Position numbers and translations under genes: made by a program. This document shows, piece by piece, positions 19,280 to 27,934 of a stretch of 64,000 nucleotides of DNA. The stretch is taken from the NCBI GenBank assembly GCA_963703075.1, contig OY969786.1, positions 4,183,198-4,247,197 of the forward strand, given 5' to 3'. Source of the stretch: an uncultured Acidobacteriaceae bacterium. Its GTDB lineage: Bacteria > Acidobacteriota > Terriglobia > Terriglobales > Acidobacteriaceae. The number at the start of each line of letters is the position of its first letter. Position 1 is the first letter of the stretch. The notes beneath the pieces were generated by a model, which saw nothing but the letters and a program-made list of their open reading frames with translations, did not search any database and was not told where the DNA came from.

Positions 19280-20043
19280 CAGTATCCCAGGACGTCGTTC
19301 ACGTCGCGGACGAGATTGCGTATGTAGGTGCGCCGGTTCAGCAAATCGACCATCTTCAATGTGATCGGCTTGCGCTCCGCATCGCCTGCTTCCTGCGCCA
19401 GCAACGCATCCCACTCGTCCCAGTATTTTTTCAGTTCGTTGTCGAGCCCGCGATAACGCTCCTGCAATTCGCTCCGCGTCTGCTCGAGTTGCTTGGCAAG
19501 ATCGGGGTCGTCTTCGCCCATCTTCTTGCCCATGCGCATTTCTTCGAGCTGCATGTTCAGCTCAAACACCTCTTCCAGCATGTCCGGCGGAATCGCCTGC
19601 TCTTTTTGCTTGCCGCTGCTGCGCGCTTCTTCCGTCGCGCTTTTCGACTGTTCGCCGAAATTGATGCCTTCCGTGCGCAGCAGATACTCCGTGCGCGCAA
19701 TCGGTTCTTTGAGCGTGCGATAAGCGTCATTCAGCTGCGAAGTTTTCTCCAGGCTCCATTGCTGCTCCTGCGAGTCCGATTGCGCGTAACGGTCAGGATG
19801 CAGTTTGCGGCTCAGCGTGTAGAACTCCCGCTCCAGTTGAGCCAGGTCGATATTGAGCTTGTGGGGCAGCCCGAAGAACGAGAAATAGTCCGTCGGGATC
19901 GCAGGCTGCACGGATCCGCAGTTGTTGCAGAAGTGAGCCGCGCGCATGTCCCCGCACGACCAGCACTGCACCGTCGTGCGCCCGGCACTTTCGCCGTTCA
20001 ACACCGGTATCGCGGAGTACGTGTTTTGTTTAGGCTCAGTCAT
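19279..20043 (-). CDS. hscB: Fe-S assembly co-chaperone HscB with an N-terminal Cys4 zinc-finger extension
   Basis: J-domain [35 protein letters not shown] (HPD motif), preceded by CWSCG-x8-CNNCG. Lies between iscA and hscA. Confidence 0.85.
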   Translation of the reverse strand: MTEPKQNTYSAIPVLNGESAGRTTVQCWSCGDMRAAHFCNNCGSVQPAIPTDYFSFFGLPHKLNIDLAQLEREFYTLSRKLHPDRYAQSDSQEQQWSLEKTSQLNDAYRTLKEPIARTEYLLRTEGINFGEQSKSATEEARSSGKQKEQAIPPDMLEEVFELNMQLEEMRMGKKMGEDDPDLAKQLEQTRSELQERYRGLDNELKKYWDEWDALLAQEAGDAERKPITLKMVDLLNRRTYIRNLVRDVNDVLGY

Positions 20044-20111
20044 TGATCTTTCGGAAATGCTCCGTGAAAGTGCAACGCGGCCAGCCGATGTCCCCGCTTG
20101 TACCCCCGTCA

Positions 20112-20156
20112 CTCTCTGTTGTCATCCAGAGGAGCGTAGCGACGTAGGGACCTGCT
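20112..20156. repeat. REP-like intergenic repeat, copy A (hscB-iscA gap)
   Basis: CTCTCTGTTGTCATCCAGAGGAGCGTAGCGACGTAGGGACCTGCT. Nearly identical to copy B and clearly related to copy C. Contains a GCGTAGC mini-hairpin. Confidence 0.8.
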
Positions 20157-20174
20157 TTTCCGCGACCGGGGTGG

Positions 20175-20546
20175 TTACGCGAACGAACTCCCGCACCCGC
20201 ACGATTTCGAGGCGTTCGGATTGACGAAGACGAACCGCTGATTCATCAGGGTCTCTTCGTAATCCAGCGTCATCCCGTTCAAATAGATGAACGACTTCGG
20301 ATCAACGAAAACCCGGATGTCGCTGTATTGAAAAATGCGGTCGCGTTCGCGCGGCTGCGTGTCGAAGCGGACGTTGTAACTCAGTCCCGAGCATCCGCCG
20401 CCCTGCACTCCCAGCCGCAAGCCGCCTTCGTCCGGCGACACGCCTTCCTTCGCCATCGCGATCCGGATCTTCTCGAGAGCTTTCTCGGTGATCTGGATCC
20501 CCTTGGCAGGCGCAGCTTGCGTCCGTGGAGTCTCTATCGTGGTCAT
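20175..20546 (-). CDS. iscA: Fe-S cluster insertion/scaffold protein IscA (HesB family)
   Basis: GGGCSGLSY ... CGCGSSFA C-terminal motif; 123 aa. Confidence 0.9.
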   Translation of the reverse strand: MTTIETPRTQAAPAKGIQITEKALEKIRIAMAKEGVSPDEGGLRLGVQGGGCSGLSYNVRFDTQPRERDRIFQYSDIRVFVDPKSFIYLNGMTLDYEETLMNQRFVFVNPNASKSCGCGSSFA

Positions 20547-20606
20547 TGCTCTTTCCCTTCAGCGGTCCCGACGCCGGCTGTCAATGCTGCGGACGCTCAC
20601 ATCGCC

Positions 20607-20648
20607 CTCTCTGTCATCCAGAGGAGCGTAGCGACGTTGGGACCTGCT
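20607..20648. repeat. REP-like intergenic repeat, copy B (iscA-iscU gap)
   Basis: CTCTCTGTCATCCAGAGGAGCGTAGCGACGTTGGGACCTGCT. Differs from copy A by one substitution and a 3-nt indel. Confidence 0.8.
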
Positions 20649-20652
20649 GCTG

Positions 20653-21039
20653 TTACTGGTTGTTCTTCTTCTTCCAGTCGCCAATCGCCGCGCGGATCGC
20701 GTCTTCCGCGAGTACCGAGCAGTGGATCTTCACCGGAGGAAGCGAAAGTTCCTTCACAATGTCCGTGTTCTTGATCGACAACGCTTCATCGACCGTCTTG
20801 CCCTTCACCCACTCCGTAGCCAGCGAAGACGAAGCGATCGCCGAGCCGCAGCCGAACGTCTTGAACTTCGCTTCCTCAATGACGTTGGTCGCGGGATTTA
20901 CCCGGATTTGCAGCTTCATCACGTCGCCGCACTCCGGAGCGCCGACCAGTCCCGTGCCTACCGTGTCGCTGCTCTTATCGAGCGAGCCCACGTTCCGCGG
21001 GTTCGTGTAGTGATCCAGTACCTTTTCGCTGTATGCCAT
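20653..21039 (-). CDS. iscU: Fe-S cluster assembly scaffold IscU
   Basis: MAYSEKVLDHYTNPRNVGSL..GAPECGDVMKLQI..FKTFGCGSAIASSS..LPPVKIHCSVLAEDA (three conserved Cys). ATG at 21039 with a GAGGAG RBS. Confidence 0.9.
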   Translation of the reverse strand: MAYSEKVLDHYTNPRNVGSLDKSSDTVGTGLVGAPECGDVMKLQIRVNPATNVIEEAKFKTFGCGSAIASSSLATEWVKGKTVDEALSIKNTDIVKELSLPPVKIHCSVLAEDAIRAAIGDWKKKNNQ

Positions 21040-21084
21040 TTCTTTTATTAACTCCTCATCGAATTCGTCTGTGATGCTCTTTAT

Positions 21085-21126
21085 CTGGTTGTCATTGCGA
21101 GGAGCGAAGCGACGCGGCAATCTGCT
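21085..21126. repeat. REP-like intergenic repeat, copy C (iscU-iscS gap)
   Basis: CTGGTTGTCATTGCGAGGAGCGAAGCGACGCGGCAATCTGCT. Same family as copies A and B. ATTGC/GCAAT stem and a GCGAAGC mini-hairpin. Confidence 0.75.
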
Positions 21127-21146
21127 GTAGCTCGCGCTCCACATCT

Positions 21147-22424
21147 TCAATGCCCGCCGGCTTCCGCAGCCCACTGCACTTTCGTCAAGTCCACGCCTTC
21201 TTTATGCATCTCGTAGAGCGGCGACAACTCACGCAGCCGCTTTACGACGTCGATCAACTTGTTCGCCACGTAATCGACTTCGGCTTCGGTGTTGAAGCGG
21301 CCCAGTCCGAAGCGAATCGAGCTGTGGGCCAAATCGTCGCCCGCGCCCAGCGCCTTCAATACATACGATGGCTCCAGCGTCGCCGAGGTGCACGCCGATC
21401 CGCTCGAAACCGCGATGTCGTTGATTCCCATCAACAACGATTCGCCTTCGACGAACGCGAAGCTGATATTCAAATTTCCCGGCAGGCGGTGTTCCCACGA
21501 GCCGTTGATGTAAACCTCGTCCAGCTCCGCGAAAATCCTGTCCTTCAGCCGGTCGCGCAGACCGATGAGGTGCTTCGTCTCTTTCTCCATCTCCTGCATC
21601 GCCAGTTCGCAAGCCTTGCCGAGACCGACAATGCCCGGAACATTCAAGGTTCCCGACCGCATGCCGCGCTCGTGGCCGCCACCGTCGATCTGCGCCACCA
21701 CTTGTACCCGCGGATTCTTGCGGCGTACATAGAGCGCGCCCACACCCTTCGGTCCGTAGAGCTTGTGTCCCGTTATCGACGCCAGGTCTACGTTGTCCTG
21801 GATCACGTTGAAGGGAACCTTGCCGACCGCCTGTACCGCATCGGTGTGGAAGACCACGCCCTTTTCATGGCACAGCGCGCCAATCTCGCGGATCGGCTGC
21901 AACACCCCGATCTCGTTATTCGCCGCCATGATCGTGACCAGGATGGTCTTGTCGTCCATCGCCCGGCGCAGGTCATCGAGGTCGATGCGCCCGTCTTTCT
22001 GCACCGGCAAATACGTAACCCGGAAACCGTCCTTTTCAAGACGCTTGCAGGTATCGAGCACCGCCTTGTGCTCCGTTACCTGGGTGATGATGTGGTTGCC
22101 CTTCTCGCGGTACATCTGCGCCACACCCTTGATCGCCAGGTTGTCGCTCTCCGTCGCGCCCGAGGTGAAGATGATTTCCTTCGACGTGGCGCCGATCAGC
22201 TTCGCAATGCGCTCGCGTGCCTGGTCCACAGCCTGTTCCGCCACCCATCCAAATTCATGATTGCGCGAAGCCGCATTGCCGAACTTCTCGATGAAGTAAG
22301 GAATCATCTCGTCGAGAACGCGCTGATCCATCGCTGTGGTCGCGTGGTTGTCCATGTAAATCGGCAATTTCACCGCGTTGTCCTTCGAATTCTCACTGCC
22401 GTGATGATTTCCATTCGTGCTCAT
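21147..22424 (-). CDS. iscS: Cysteine desulfurase IscS
   Basis: PLP-lysine motif [11 protein letters not shown], active-site SSGSACTS and class-V aminotransferase fold; 425 aa. Confidence 0.92.
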   Translation of the reverse strand: MSTNGNHHGSENSKDNAVKLPIYMDNHATTAMDQRVLDEMIPYFIEKFGNAASRNHEFGWVAEQAVDQARERIAKLIGATSKEIIFTSGATESDNLAIKGVAQMYREKGNHIITQVTEHKAVLDTCKRLEKDGFRVTYLPVQKDGRIDLDDLRRAMDDKTILVTIMAANNEIGVLQPIREIGALCHEKGVVFHTDAVQAVGKVPFNVIQDNVDLASITGHKLYGPKGVGALYVRRKNPRVQVVAQIDGGGHERGMRSGTLNVPGIVGLGKACELAMQEMEKETKHLIGLRDRLKDRIFAELDEVYINGSWEHRLPGNLNISFAFVEGESLLMGINDIAVSSGSACTSATLEPSYVLKALGAGDDLAHSSIRFGLGRFNTEAEVDYVANKLIDVVKRLRELSPLYEMHKEGVDLTKVQWAAEAGGH

Positions 22425-22494
22425 AATCGATGCTTCTCCTCAATCTCTCAACAGAACCTAGGCTCACCGCTGGGCTGCACACCCGCGGTACGGA

Positions 22495-22932
22495 CTACTG
22501 CAGCGTAACCAGATCCGACACCGACTCTTCGTGTTCCGCCATTTCCCAAATCGTCAGCCGGCTCAAAACCTCTTCAATACTCTTGCTCACTTTGCGCAGC
22601 GGCTCGCGCACCGTGCAACGCGTCGTCTGCTCGCAACTCCCCTTGGCCGTCGTGCACGAGGTCATAAACAGAGGACCCTCCAGGGCACGAATTACGTCCA
22701 GGGCGCTGATCGCGCGCGGATCCCGCGCCAGCGTGTAGCCACCATTTGTTCCCTGCTGCGATTGCAGCACGCCCGCCTTCACCAATCTCTGCAGCAGCTT
22801 CGCCAACGCCTCTTGCGGAAGGCTGTACATCTCGGCCAAGTCTTTCGCACTGCATGCCCCGAGATCGGCGTGCGCAGCCAGATGCCGCACCGCAATCAGT
22901 CCGTAATCGGCTTTCTTGGTGAGCTTCAGCAT
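22495..22932 (-). CDS. iscR: Rrf2-family transcriptional regulator IscR
   Basis: MLKLTKKADYGLIAVRHLA... winged HTH. Clustered Cys SCTTAKGSCEQTTRC. First gene of the isc operon. ATG at 22932. Confidence 0.85.
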   Translation of the reverse strand: MLKLTKKADYGLIAVRHLAAHADLGACSAKDLAEMYSLPQEALAKLLQRLVKAGVLQSQQGTNGGYTLARDPRAISALDVIRALEGPLFMTSCTTAKGSCEQTTRCTVREPLRKVSKSIEEVLSRLTIWEMAEHEESVSDLVTLQ

Positions 22933-22946
22933 TCGAGTCGCTAAAA

Positions 22947-22971
22947 ATATCCGACTAAAAGAGTCGTACAA
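22947..22971 (-). promoter_or_regulatory. Candidate IscR type-1-like operator
   Basis: ATATCCGACTAAAAGAGTCGTACAA has the GACT-N5-AGTC core and about 19/25 matches to the E. coli type-1 IscR consensus as I remember it. An additional GAGTCG half-site lies at 22935..22940. Confidence 0.5.
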
Positions 22972-23019
22972 AAGATCCAGAAAGAAGGCCGGAATCTCCG
23001 ACCTTTTTCGTCGTAGTTA

Positions 23020-23048
23020 ATTATAGGCTTCCTCTGCGCAGGTCGCAA
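23020..23048 (-). promoter_or_regulatory. Candidate sigma70-type promoter for iscR
   Basis: On the minus strand: TTGCGA - 17 nt - TATAAT (perfect -10), about 80 nt upstream of the iscR ATG. Confidence 0.35.
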
Positions 23049-23229
23049 CCGCCTCAGCAAACGATAAAAACTTCGCATTTTGAATGTGAAATAGGCTGTT
23101 TTTTGGCCTTCAAAAGCGTTCTTTGGAGGGCTTTTCTGCCGCTTGTCGCGGATGACCATCCCCTTCCGTGTCATAGGCTAAGGGTTATTCCCCATTGTTT
23201 GCTGCGCGTCTTCAGATACTCTGACCTCG

Positions 23230-24384
23230 ATGCGCGCCCTTCCCATCGCGGTTCTAGCCCTGAGTGTTCTCGGCCTGCGGGGGCCCCTGGTTGCCGGTAC
23301 CGGGGCGGATGTATCGAGGACGGACACGCACCCTGCCATGACGGAGCGTAAGCCGGAACCGGCCTACTCTGTCATCGCAGGCATTGACGGCGAAATCTAC
23401 CCGGTCTTTGCGAATTACGCGTCGTTGCGCAGCCCTGACCAGCGCAAGTGGGGAACGGTCGCGGTCACCGTCAACAACACAACCGCCGAAGCACTACGCG
23501 GAAGAATTGCGGTCTCGGTGCAAGGGTGGAGCGACCAGGAAATCCAGCTCCTGCAATTGCTGCCCGGCGCCTCGCACACCTACATTTTTGCGCCCACGTT
23601 CTTGTCGCGTTTCTACGGCAACCACGAAATCGCCGCGGCGACCACGCTCGTCAACATTACAGACCTGAACGGCAAGCCGCTTTATCTGCAGACGCTGCCG
23701 GTAAAGATCCGCTCCTCCGAGGATATGTTCTGGGGCTCGAAATTCCAGTATGCCCCGTTCATCGCCTCCTGGATCACGCCGCATGACGACCGCGTGGAAG
23801 AGATCCTGCGCAAAGCGAAAGAGTTCATGCCGGGCCGCCGTTTGCCAGGCTACGAACCCGAGAAATCCGCCGACGGCCAGGAGCAGATGACCTACTCCGA
23901 GGCGCGCGCCATCTATCGCGCCTTGCAGGAAGCCGGCGTCTCTTACGTTAAAAGTTCCATGACCCTGGGCGGACACCAGGACACCAGTGAGCGGATCCGT
24001 ATGCCGGAAGTCTCGCTGCGCGACGTATCGGCGAATTGTATCGACGGTGTAGTGATGTACGCCTCACTCTTCGAGAACCTTGGTATGGAGCCGGTCGTTC
24101 TGCTCGTGCCCGGGCATGCCTACGTCGGCGTGCGCGTCTCGCCCAAGAGTTCGAAGTATCTCTACATCGAAACCGCCATCACCGGCCGCGCCAGCTTCGA
24201 GGAATCGATTGCGGCCGCCGCTCGTGGAGTCGGGTCCTACAAAGTCGGCGAAACTCTACGAGTTTCTGTTCCCGAAGCGCGCTCCATGGGCGTCTTTCCC
24301 ATGCCTGAGCCCGACCTTCACGGGGCAGATGGGCGGCAGGAAAGCGCTGGCCTGCAACTCGGGTTCACCAAGTCTCATCCATAA
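23230..24384 (+). CDS. Secreted transglutaminase-like (Cys-His-Asp/Glu) superfamily protein
   Basis: Signal peptide MRALPIAVLALSVLGL. Core ANCIDGVVMYASLFENLGMEPVVLLVPGHAYVGV...YIETA resembles the transglutaminase-like cysteine-protease core. Confidence 0.55.
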   Translation: MRALPIAVLALSVLGLRGPLVAGTGADVSRTDTHPAMTERKPEPAYSVIAGIDGEIYPVFANYASLRSPDQRKWGTVAVTVNNTTAEALRGRIAVSVQGWSDQEIQLLQLLPGASHTYIFAPTFLSRFYGNHEIAAATTLVNITDLNGKPLYLQTLPVKIRSSEDMFWGSKFQYAPFIASWITPHDDRVEEILRKAKEFMPGRRLPGYEPEKSADGQEQMTYSEARAIYRALQEAGVSYVKSSMTLGGHQDTSERIRMPEVSLRDVSANCIDGVVMYASLFENLGMEPVVLLVPGHAYVGVRVSPKSSKYLYIETAITGRASFEESIAAAARGVGSYKVGETLRVSVPEARSMGVFPMPEPDLHGADGRQESAGLQLGFTKSHP

Positions 24385-24424
24385 GCAGCAGGTATTTTGT
24401 AACGTCGAAGCTGCCATTCCCCGC

Positions 24425-24452
24425 TTGACAAGCCTTTCCGTCGTTCTAAAAT
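24425..24452 (+). promoter_or_regulatory. Candidate sigma70-type promoter
   Basis: TTGACA (24425..24430) - 16 nt - TAAAAT (24447..24452). Confidence 0.4.
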
Positions 24453-24464
24453 ACCCCGCAATCA

Positions 24465-24722
24465 GTGAGGAATGGCCCTCCGTTAGGGCCCGTTGGCATG
24501 AATACGTTCCGAGTTACCAATCCTTCTGTCGGAGTTTCCGCGACCGGGAACCCCGACCTCCCGATGAAACCTATGCCGCAGAGTTGCCGCCATCCCCGCG
24601 TGCAGATCGTGTCGCGCGATGAAGACTCCGAATTCGTGGAGTGCCTGGAATGCCGTGAAATTTTCGAGTCCAGTGAATTCAAGGATATGGATATCGAAGA
24701 GCGCAGCCCCGAGGAGACCTAG
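24465..24722 (+). CDS. Small hypothetical protein with a C/H...CxxC putative zinc-ribbon-like motif (start uncertain)
   Basis: 85-aa ORF from a GTG, with internal Met starts possible (MNTFRV, MKPMPQ). SCRHPRVQIVSRDEDSEFVECLEC. Acidic C-terminus. No clear RBS. Confidence 0.3.
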   Translation: MRNGPPLGPVGMNTFRVTNPSVGVSATGNPDLPMKPMPQSCRHPRVQIVSRDEDSEFVECLECREIFESSEFKDMDIEERSPEET

Positions 24723-24983
24723 CTCGGCCCCTGGGCTATCGGCCAAAAGCCTCCATCGAAGAGTGAAACACTCGTCCCGGCTTTGACGAGCTTGTGGAAG
24801 CCGACGCAAAGCGCCCAAAATCGTAGGAATTCGTGCATAAAAGAACCTTGTGCCGCCTAGGGGGCTTTGTTATTGTCTGTTTACCCCCCGAGTTGGTCTC
24901 TGTTTGTAGTGGGATGTCTCGTGAATTCGTGCGCGATAAGCACGGGACGACGGTGAGCGCCTCATGATGGCAAGGAAAACCGA

Positions 24984-25355
24984 ATGACCCGAACCGCCCT
25001 CGTCGTTGACGATTCGATGTTGATCCGGCATACCGTCTGCCAATTTCTCGAGGAACGTGGCTATGCCGTTGAATCGGCTACCAATGGGCTGGACGCATTA
25101 CAGTCCTTGAAGGAATCGCGCCCCGACATCCTCATCACCGACATGATGATGCCGAAGATGGATGGCAGCCAGTTGATCACGGAATTGAAGAAAGACCCCG
25201 AGACCGCCAAGATCCCTATCATTGTGCTCGCCGGTCGTCAAAGCGCCGCCGGCCTGCCGCCTGAGAATCGCGCGGACGCTACCATCTGGAAAGATATCGA
25301 TATCGTTTCCCAATTGGAAAAGGCATTGCAGGACACCTTCGGCACCGTCAGCTAG
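24984..25355 (+). CDS. Single-domain response regulator (CheY-like receiver)
   Basis: ALVVDDS...DILITDMMMPKMDG...IPIIVLAG canonical receiver motifs; 123 aa. Confidence 0.88.
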   Translation: MTRTALVVDDSMLIRHTVCQFLEERGYAVESATNGLDALQSLKESRPDILITDMMMPKMDGSQLITELKKDPETAKIPIIVLAGRQSAAGLPPENRADATIWKDIDIVSQLEKALQDTFGTVS

Positions 25356-25385
25356 CTCTCAATTGCCCCACTATTTCCTTGTGCC

Positions 25386-26531
25386 TCACCGCAGCCGCAG
25401 GTTCGCCTCGGCCGACAAGCTTGGGGCGGCGAAGTCGCCGCTGAGAAACCGCGGATACGCCGCCGCCGCGATCATGGCAGCGTTGTCCGTGGACAAAGGT
25501 CGGGAAGGGAAGTAAACCGGCAGGCCCGTCTCCGCTGCGCGGCGTTCAAACGTGTCGCGCAGTTCGGCATTCGCAGCCACGCCGCCCGTCACCAGCAGCG
25601 TCGCCACCTTGTTCTCGGTCGCCGCATGCAGGGCCTTCGAAACCAGGTCATTCACCACGGAGCGCTGGAACGACGCGATCAGGTTGAGCGTTTGTGGGTC
25701 GCAGAGCTTCAGATAATCGTCGATTGCCGGCTTCTCGATCTGCTTCATGGCTGCCCGGCGCGCCTCGATCGACGTCCGCATTTCGTGCGTCTCCACGTAA
25801 CGCAGCACCGCTGTCTTAATTCCGCTGTAGGAAAAATCCACGCGCACATCGTCGTCTGCATGACGGTTCTGCGGGTTTCGGTCGCGATGCTTCATCTGCG
25901 CAAACGGAAACTTCACGGCCTGCGGGTCGCCATGTTTCGCCAGGCGATCGATGATCGGTCCGCCCGGGTAACCGAGGCCGAGCAGCTTGGCGGTCTTGTC
26001 GAAGGCCTCGCCCGCCGCATCATCGCGGGTGTGGCCAACGTCGCGATAGATCCAGCCGGTTTCTTTTTGTTCCGCCAGGTAGAGGTGGGTGTGCCCGCCG
26101 CTGACCACCAGGGCAAGTGCCGGGAATTGCACCTCGTGCTGTCCGTTCTGCCGCAACTCGAGCAGCACCGCGTGAATGTGTCCCTCGAGGTGATTCACCC
26201 CAATCAGCGGCTTGTCGAGGGCGAACGAGAGCGCTTTCGCGTAGCCGATGCCGACCAGCAGGGCGCCCGTCAATCCCGGCCCGCGGGTCACCGCAATCGC
26301 ATCGATATTCGCATAGCTGCGGCCTGCGTCTTCTACCGCTTTGCGCACCACCGGAACAATCGCCTTCAGGTGCTCGCGCGATGCCAGTTCCGGCACCACA
26401 CCGCCGTAAGGCATGTGGGTGAAAATCTGAGAAAACACCACGCTGGAAAGGATCTGCTCGCCATTGCGGATGACCGCCGCCGCGGTTTCATCGCAGGAGC
26501 TCTCAATTCCGAGAATGACTGCATCTGCCAT
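25386..26531 (-). CDS. tsaD: tRNA N6-adenosine threonylcarbamoyltransferase TsaD
   Basis: ILGIESSCDETAAAV, NHLEGH and VSGGHTHL are Kae1/TsaD hallmarks. Confidence 0.9.
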   Translation of the reverse strand: MADAVILGIESSCDETAAAVIRNGEQILSSVVFSQIFTHMPYGGVVPELASREHLKAIVPVVRKAVEDAGRSYANIDAIAVTRGPGLTGALLVGIGYAKALSFALDKPLIGVNHLEGHIHAVLLELRQNGQHEVQFPALALVVSGGHTHLYLAEQKETGWIYRDVGHTRDDAAGEAFDKTAKLLGLGYPGGPIIDRLAKHGDPQAVKFPFAQMKHRDRNPQNRHADDDVRVDFSYSGIKTAVLRYVETHEMRTSIEARRAAMKQIEKPAIDDYLKLCDPQTLNLIASFQRSVVNDLVSKALHAATENKVATLLVTGGVAANAELRDTFERRAAETGLPVYFPSRPLSTDNAAMIAAAAYPRFLSGDFAAPSLSAEANLRLR

Positions 26532-26623
26532 CGCTCCACTATTTTAAGCGAAACCGGAGAAGCGCTGCAGGGGCCAAGCGGGTTCTCTGAAGACAGCATC
26601 TAAATCGGCGACGAGGCATTTCG

Positions 26624-27934
26624 ATGGAGCCAATCCTTCTCGCCAGCGCACAAGTTTCGACCGGCTTCCTGGTGATCGCCTGGATCGCGATCGCGACGGC
26701 GTTGCTCTTTATTCTTTCTTCGCTCTTTGCTCCGGGACTCCAATACAAGATCTCAGCCACCCACCCTGAAGACAATCGGTCCGACGAATTTCTGCATACC
26801 CTCGAAGCGCTTACCGATTCCAAGGTTCATCGGAATACGAATTTTTCCGTGCGGACCAACGGAGACCAATTTTACGAAGATGAGTTGCGTGCCATCGGCG
26901 CCGCACAGCGCAGCGTGAACCTGGAAGCTTATATCTTCCAAAGAAGTGAAATCGCCCAGAGGTATTTAGTCGCGCTGAGCGAACGCGCCCGCGCCGGGGT
27001 GAAGGTAAACATTGTCCTCGACGCCCTGGGCAGCGCGAGCACCAGCAACCACTACTTCGCCGACCTCCGCGAGGCCGGCGGCAAGGTGGCCTGGTACAAC
27101 GGCGCCACCTGGTACAAGGTGCCGCGATTCAACCACCGCACCCACCGCGAGCTGCTGGTGGTAGATGGCACGGTAGGGTTTATCGGTGGCGCTGGGATCG
27201 CCGATCAATGGTACAAAGCGCTCCCCAAAAAGCCTCGCTGGCGCGACACCATGGTCCGCGTGGAAGGCGAAGCGGTTCCCAGCCTGCAAGCGACCTTTGC
27301 CGAGAATTGGCTGGAGGGTTGCGGCGAGGTGCTCACTGGGGAAGATTATTTTCCTCAGCCGGTCCGGGCCGAATCAACCGCCCCTTCGCTGGTTGTCAAC
27401 AGCACACCCACAGCGGGAGGAGCGACACGAGCGCGTCTCTTGTTCCAGATGCTGCTGGCCTCCGCACAACGATCCATCCATATCACCACGCCCTATTTCC
27501 TCCCCGATCGCAGCATGATCAACGAGTTGGTGCGCGCGATTAAAGAGCGCAATGTGGAAGTCACGTTGCTGGTTCCGGGAAAGCGCAGCGATCACCTGCT
27601 GACCCGAAGCTCCAGCCGCCGCGATTACGGCCGTCTGCTGCAGGCCGGAGCGCAGATCTTCGAATATCAGCCCGCCATGATCCACGCGAAGATCCTGCTC
27701 ATCGACGGTCTCTGGGGTGTCGTCGGCTCGACCAACTTTGATAACCGCTCTTTTGGTCTGAACGATGAGGTGAACCTCGCAGTACGCGGCGAATTGTTTG
27801 TCGAACGCCTAGAAAGCGATTTCGCGAGAGACCTGGCGAACAGCGAACGAATTACGCTGGAGAGATGGCGCCACCGGCCGGTCCTGGAGCGCGCCCCCGA
27901 ATTACTGGGCTGGGTGTTCGACCGCCAACAATAA
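26624..27934 (+). CDS. cls: Cardiolipin synthase / phospholipase D-family protein (ClsB-like)
   Basis: N-terminal TM segment. Two PLD motifs: a degenerate first one, NHRTHRELLVVDG, and a canonical second one, IHAKILLIDGLWGVVGSTNFDNRS. Confidence 0.8.
   Translation: MEPILLASAQVSTGFLVIAWIAIATALLFILSSLFAPGLQYKISATHPEDNRSDEFLHTLEALTDSKVHRNTNFSVRTNGDQFYEDELRAIGAAQRSVNLEAYIFQRSEIAQRYLVALSERARAGVKVNIVLDALGSASTSNHYFADLREAGGKVAWYNGATWYKVPRFNHRTHRELLVVDGTVGFIGGAGIADQWYKALPKKPRWRDTMVRVEGEAVPSLQATFAENWLEGCGEVLTGEDYFPQPVRAESTAPSLVVNSTPTAGGATRARLLFQMLLASAQRSIHITTPYFLPDRSMINELVRAIKERNVEVTLLVPGKRSDHLLTRSSSRRDYGRLLQAGAQIFEYQPAMIHAKILLIDGLWGVVGSTNFDNRSFGLNDEVNLAVRGELFVERLESDFARDLANSERITLERWRHRPVLERAPELLGWVFDRQQ

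Noticed and set aside
21150-22508. 452-aa ORF on the plus strand
   Set aside because: It is antisense to iscS, whose PLP-Lys and active-site Cys motifs are unambiguous. Arg/His/Leu-rich shadow frame.
22984-23008. Hairpin plus T-run upstream of iscR, read as a plus-strand terminator
   Set aside because: No plus-strand gene ends upstream of it. The stem has a mismatch. It is kept only as a note within the iscR leader finding.
25626-26603. 325-aa plus-strand ORF
   Set aside because: It is antisense to tsaD.
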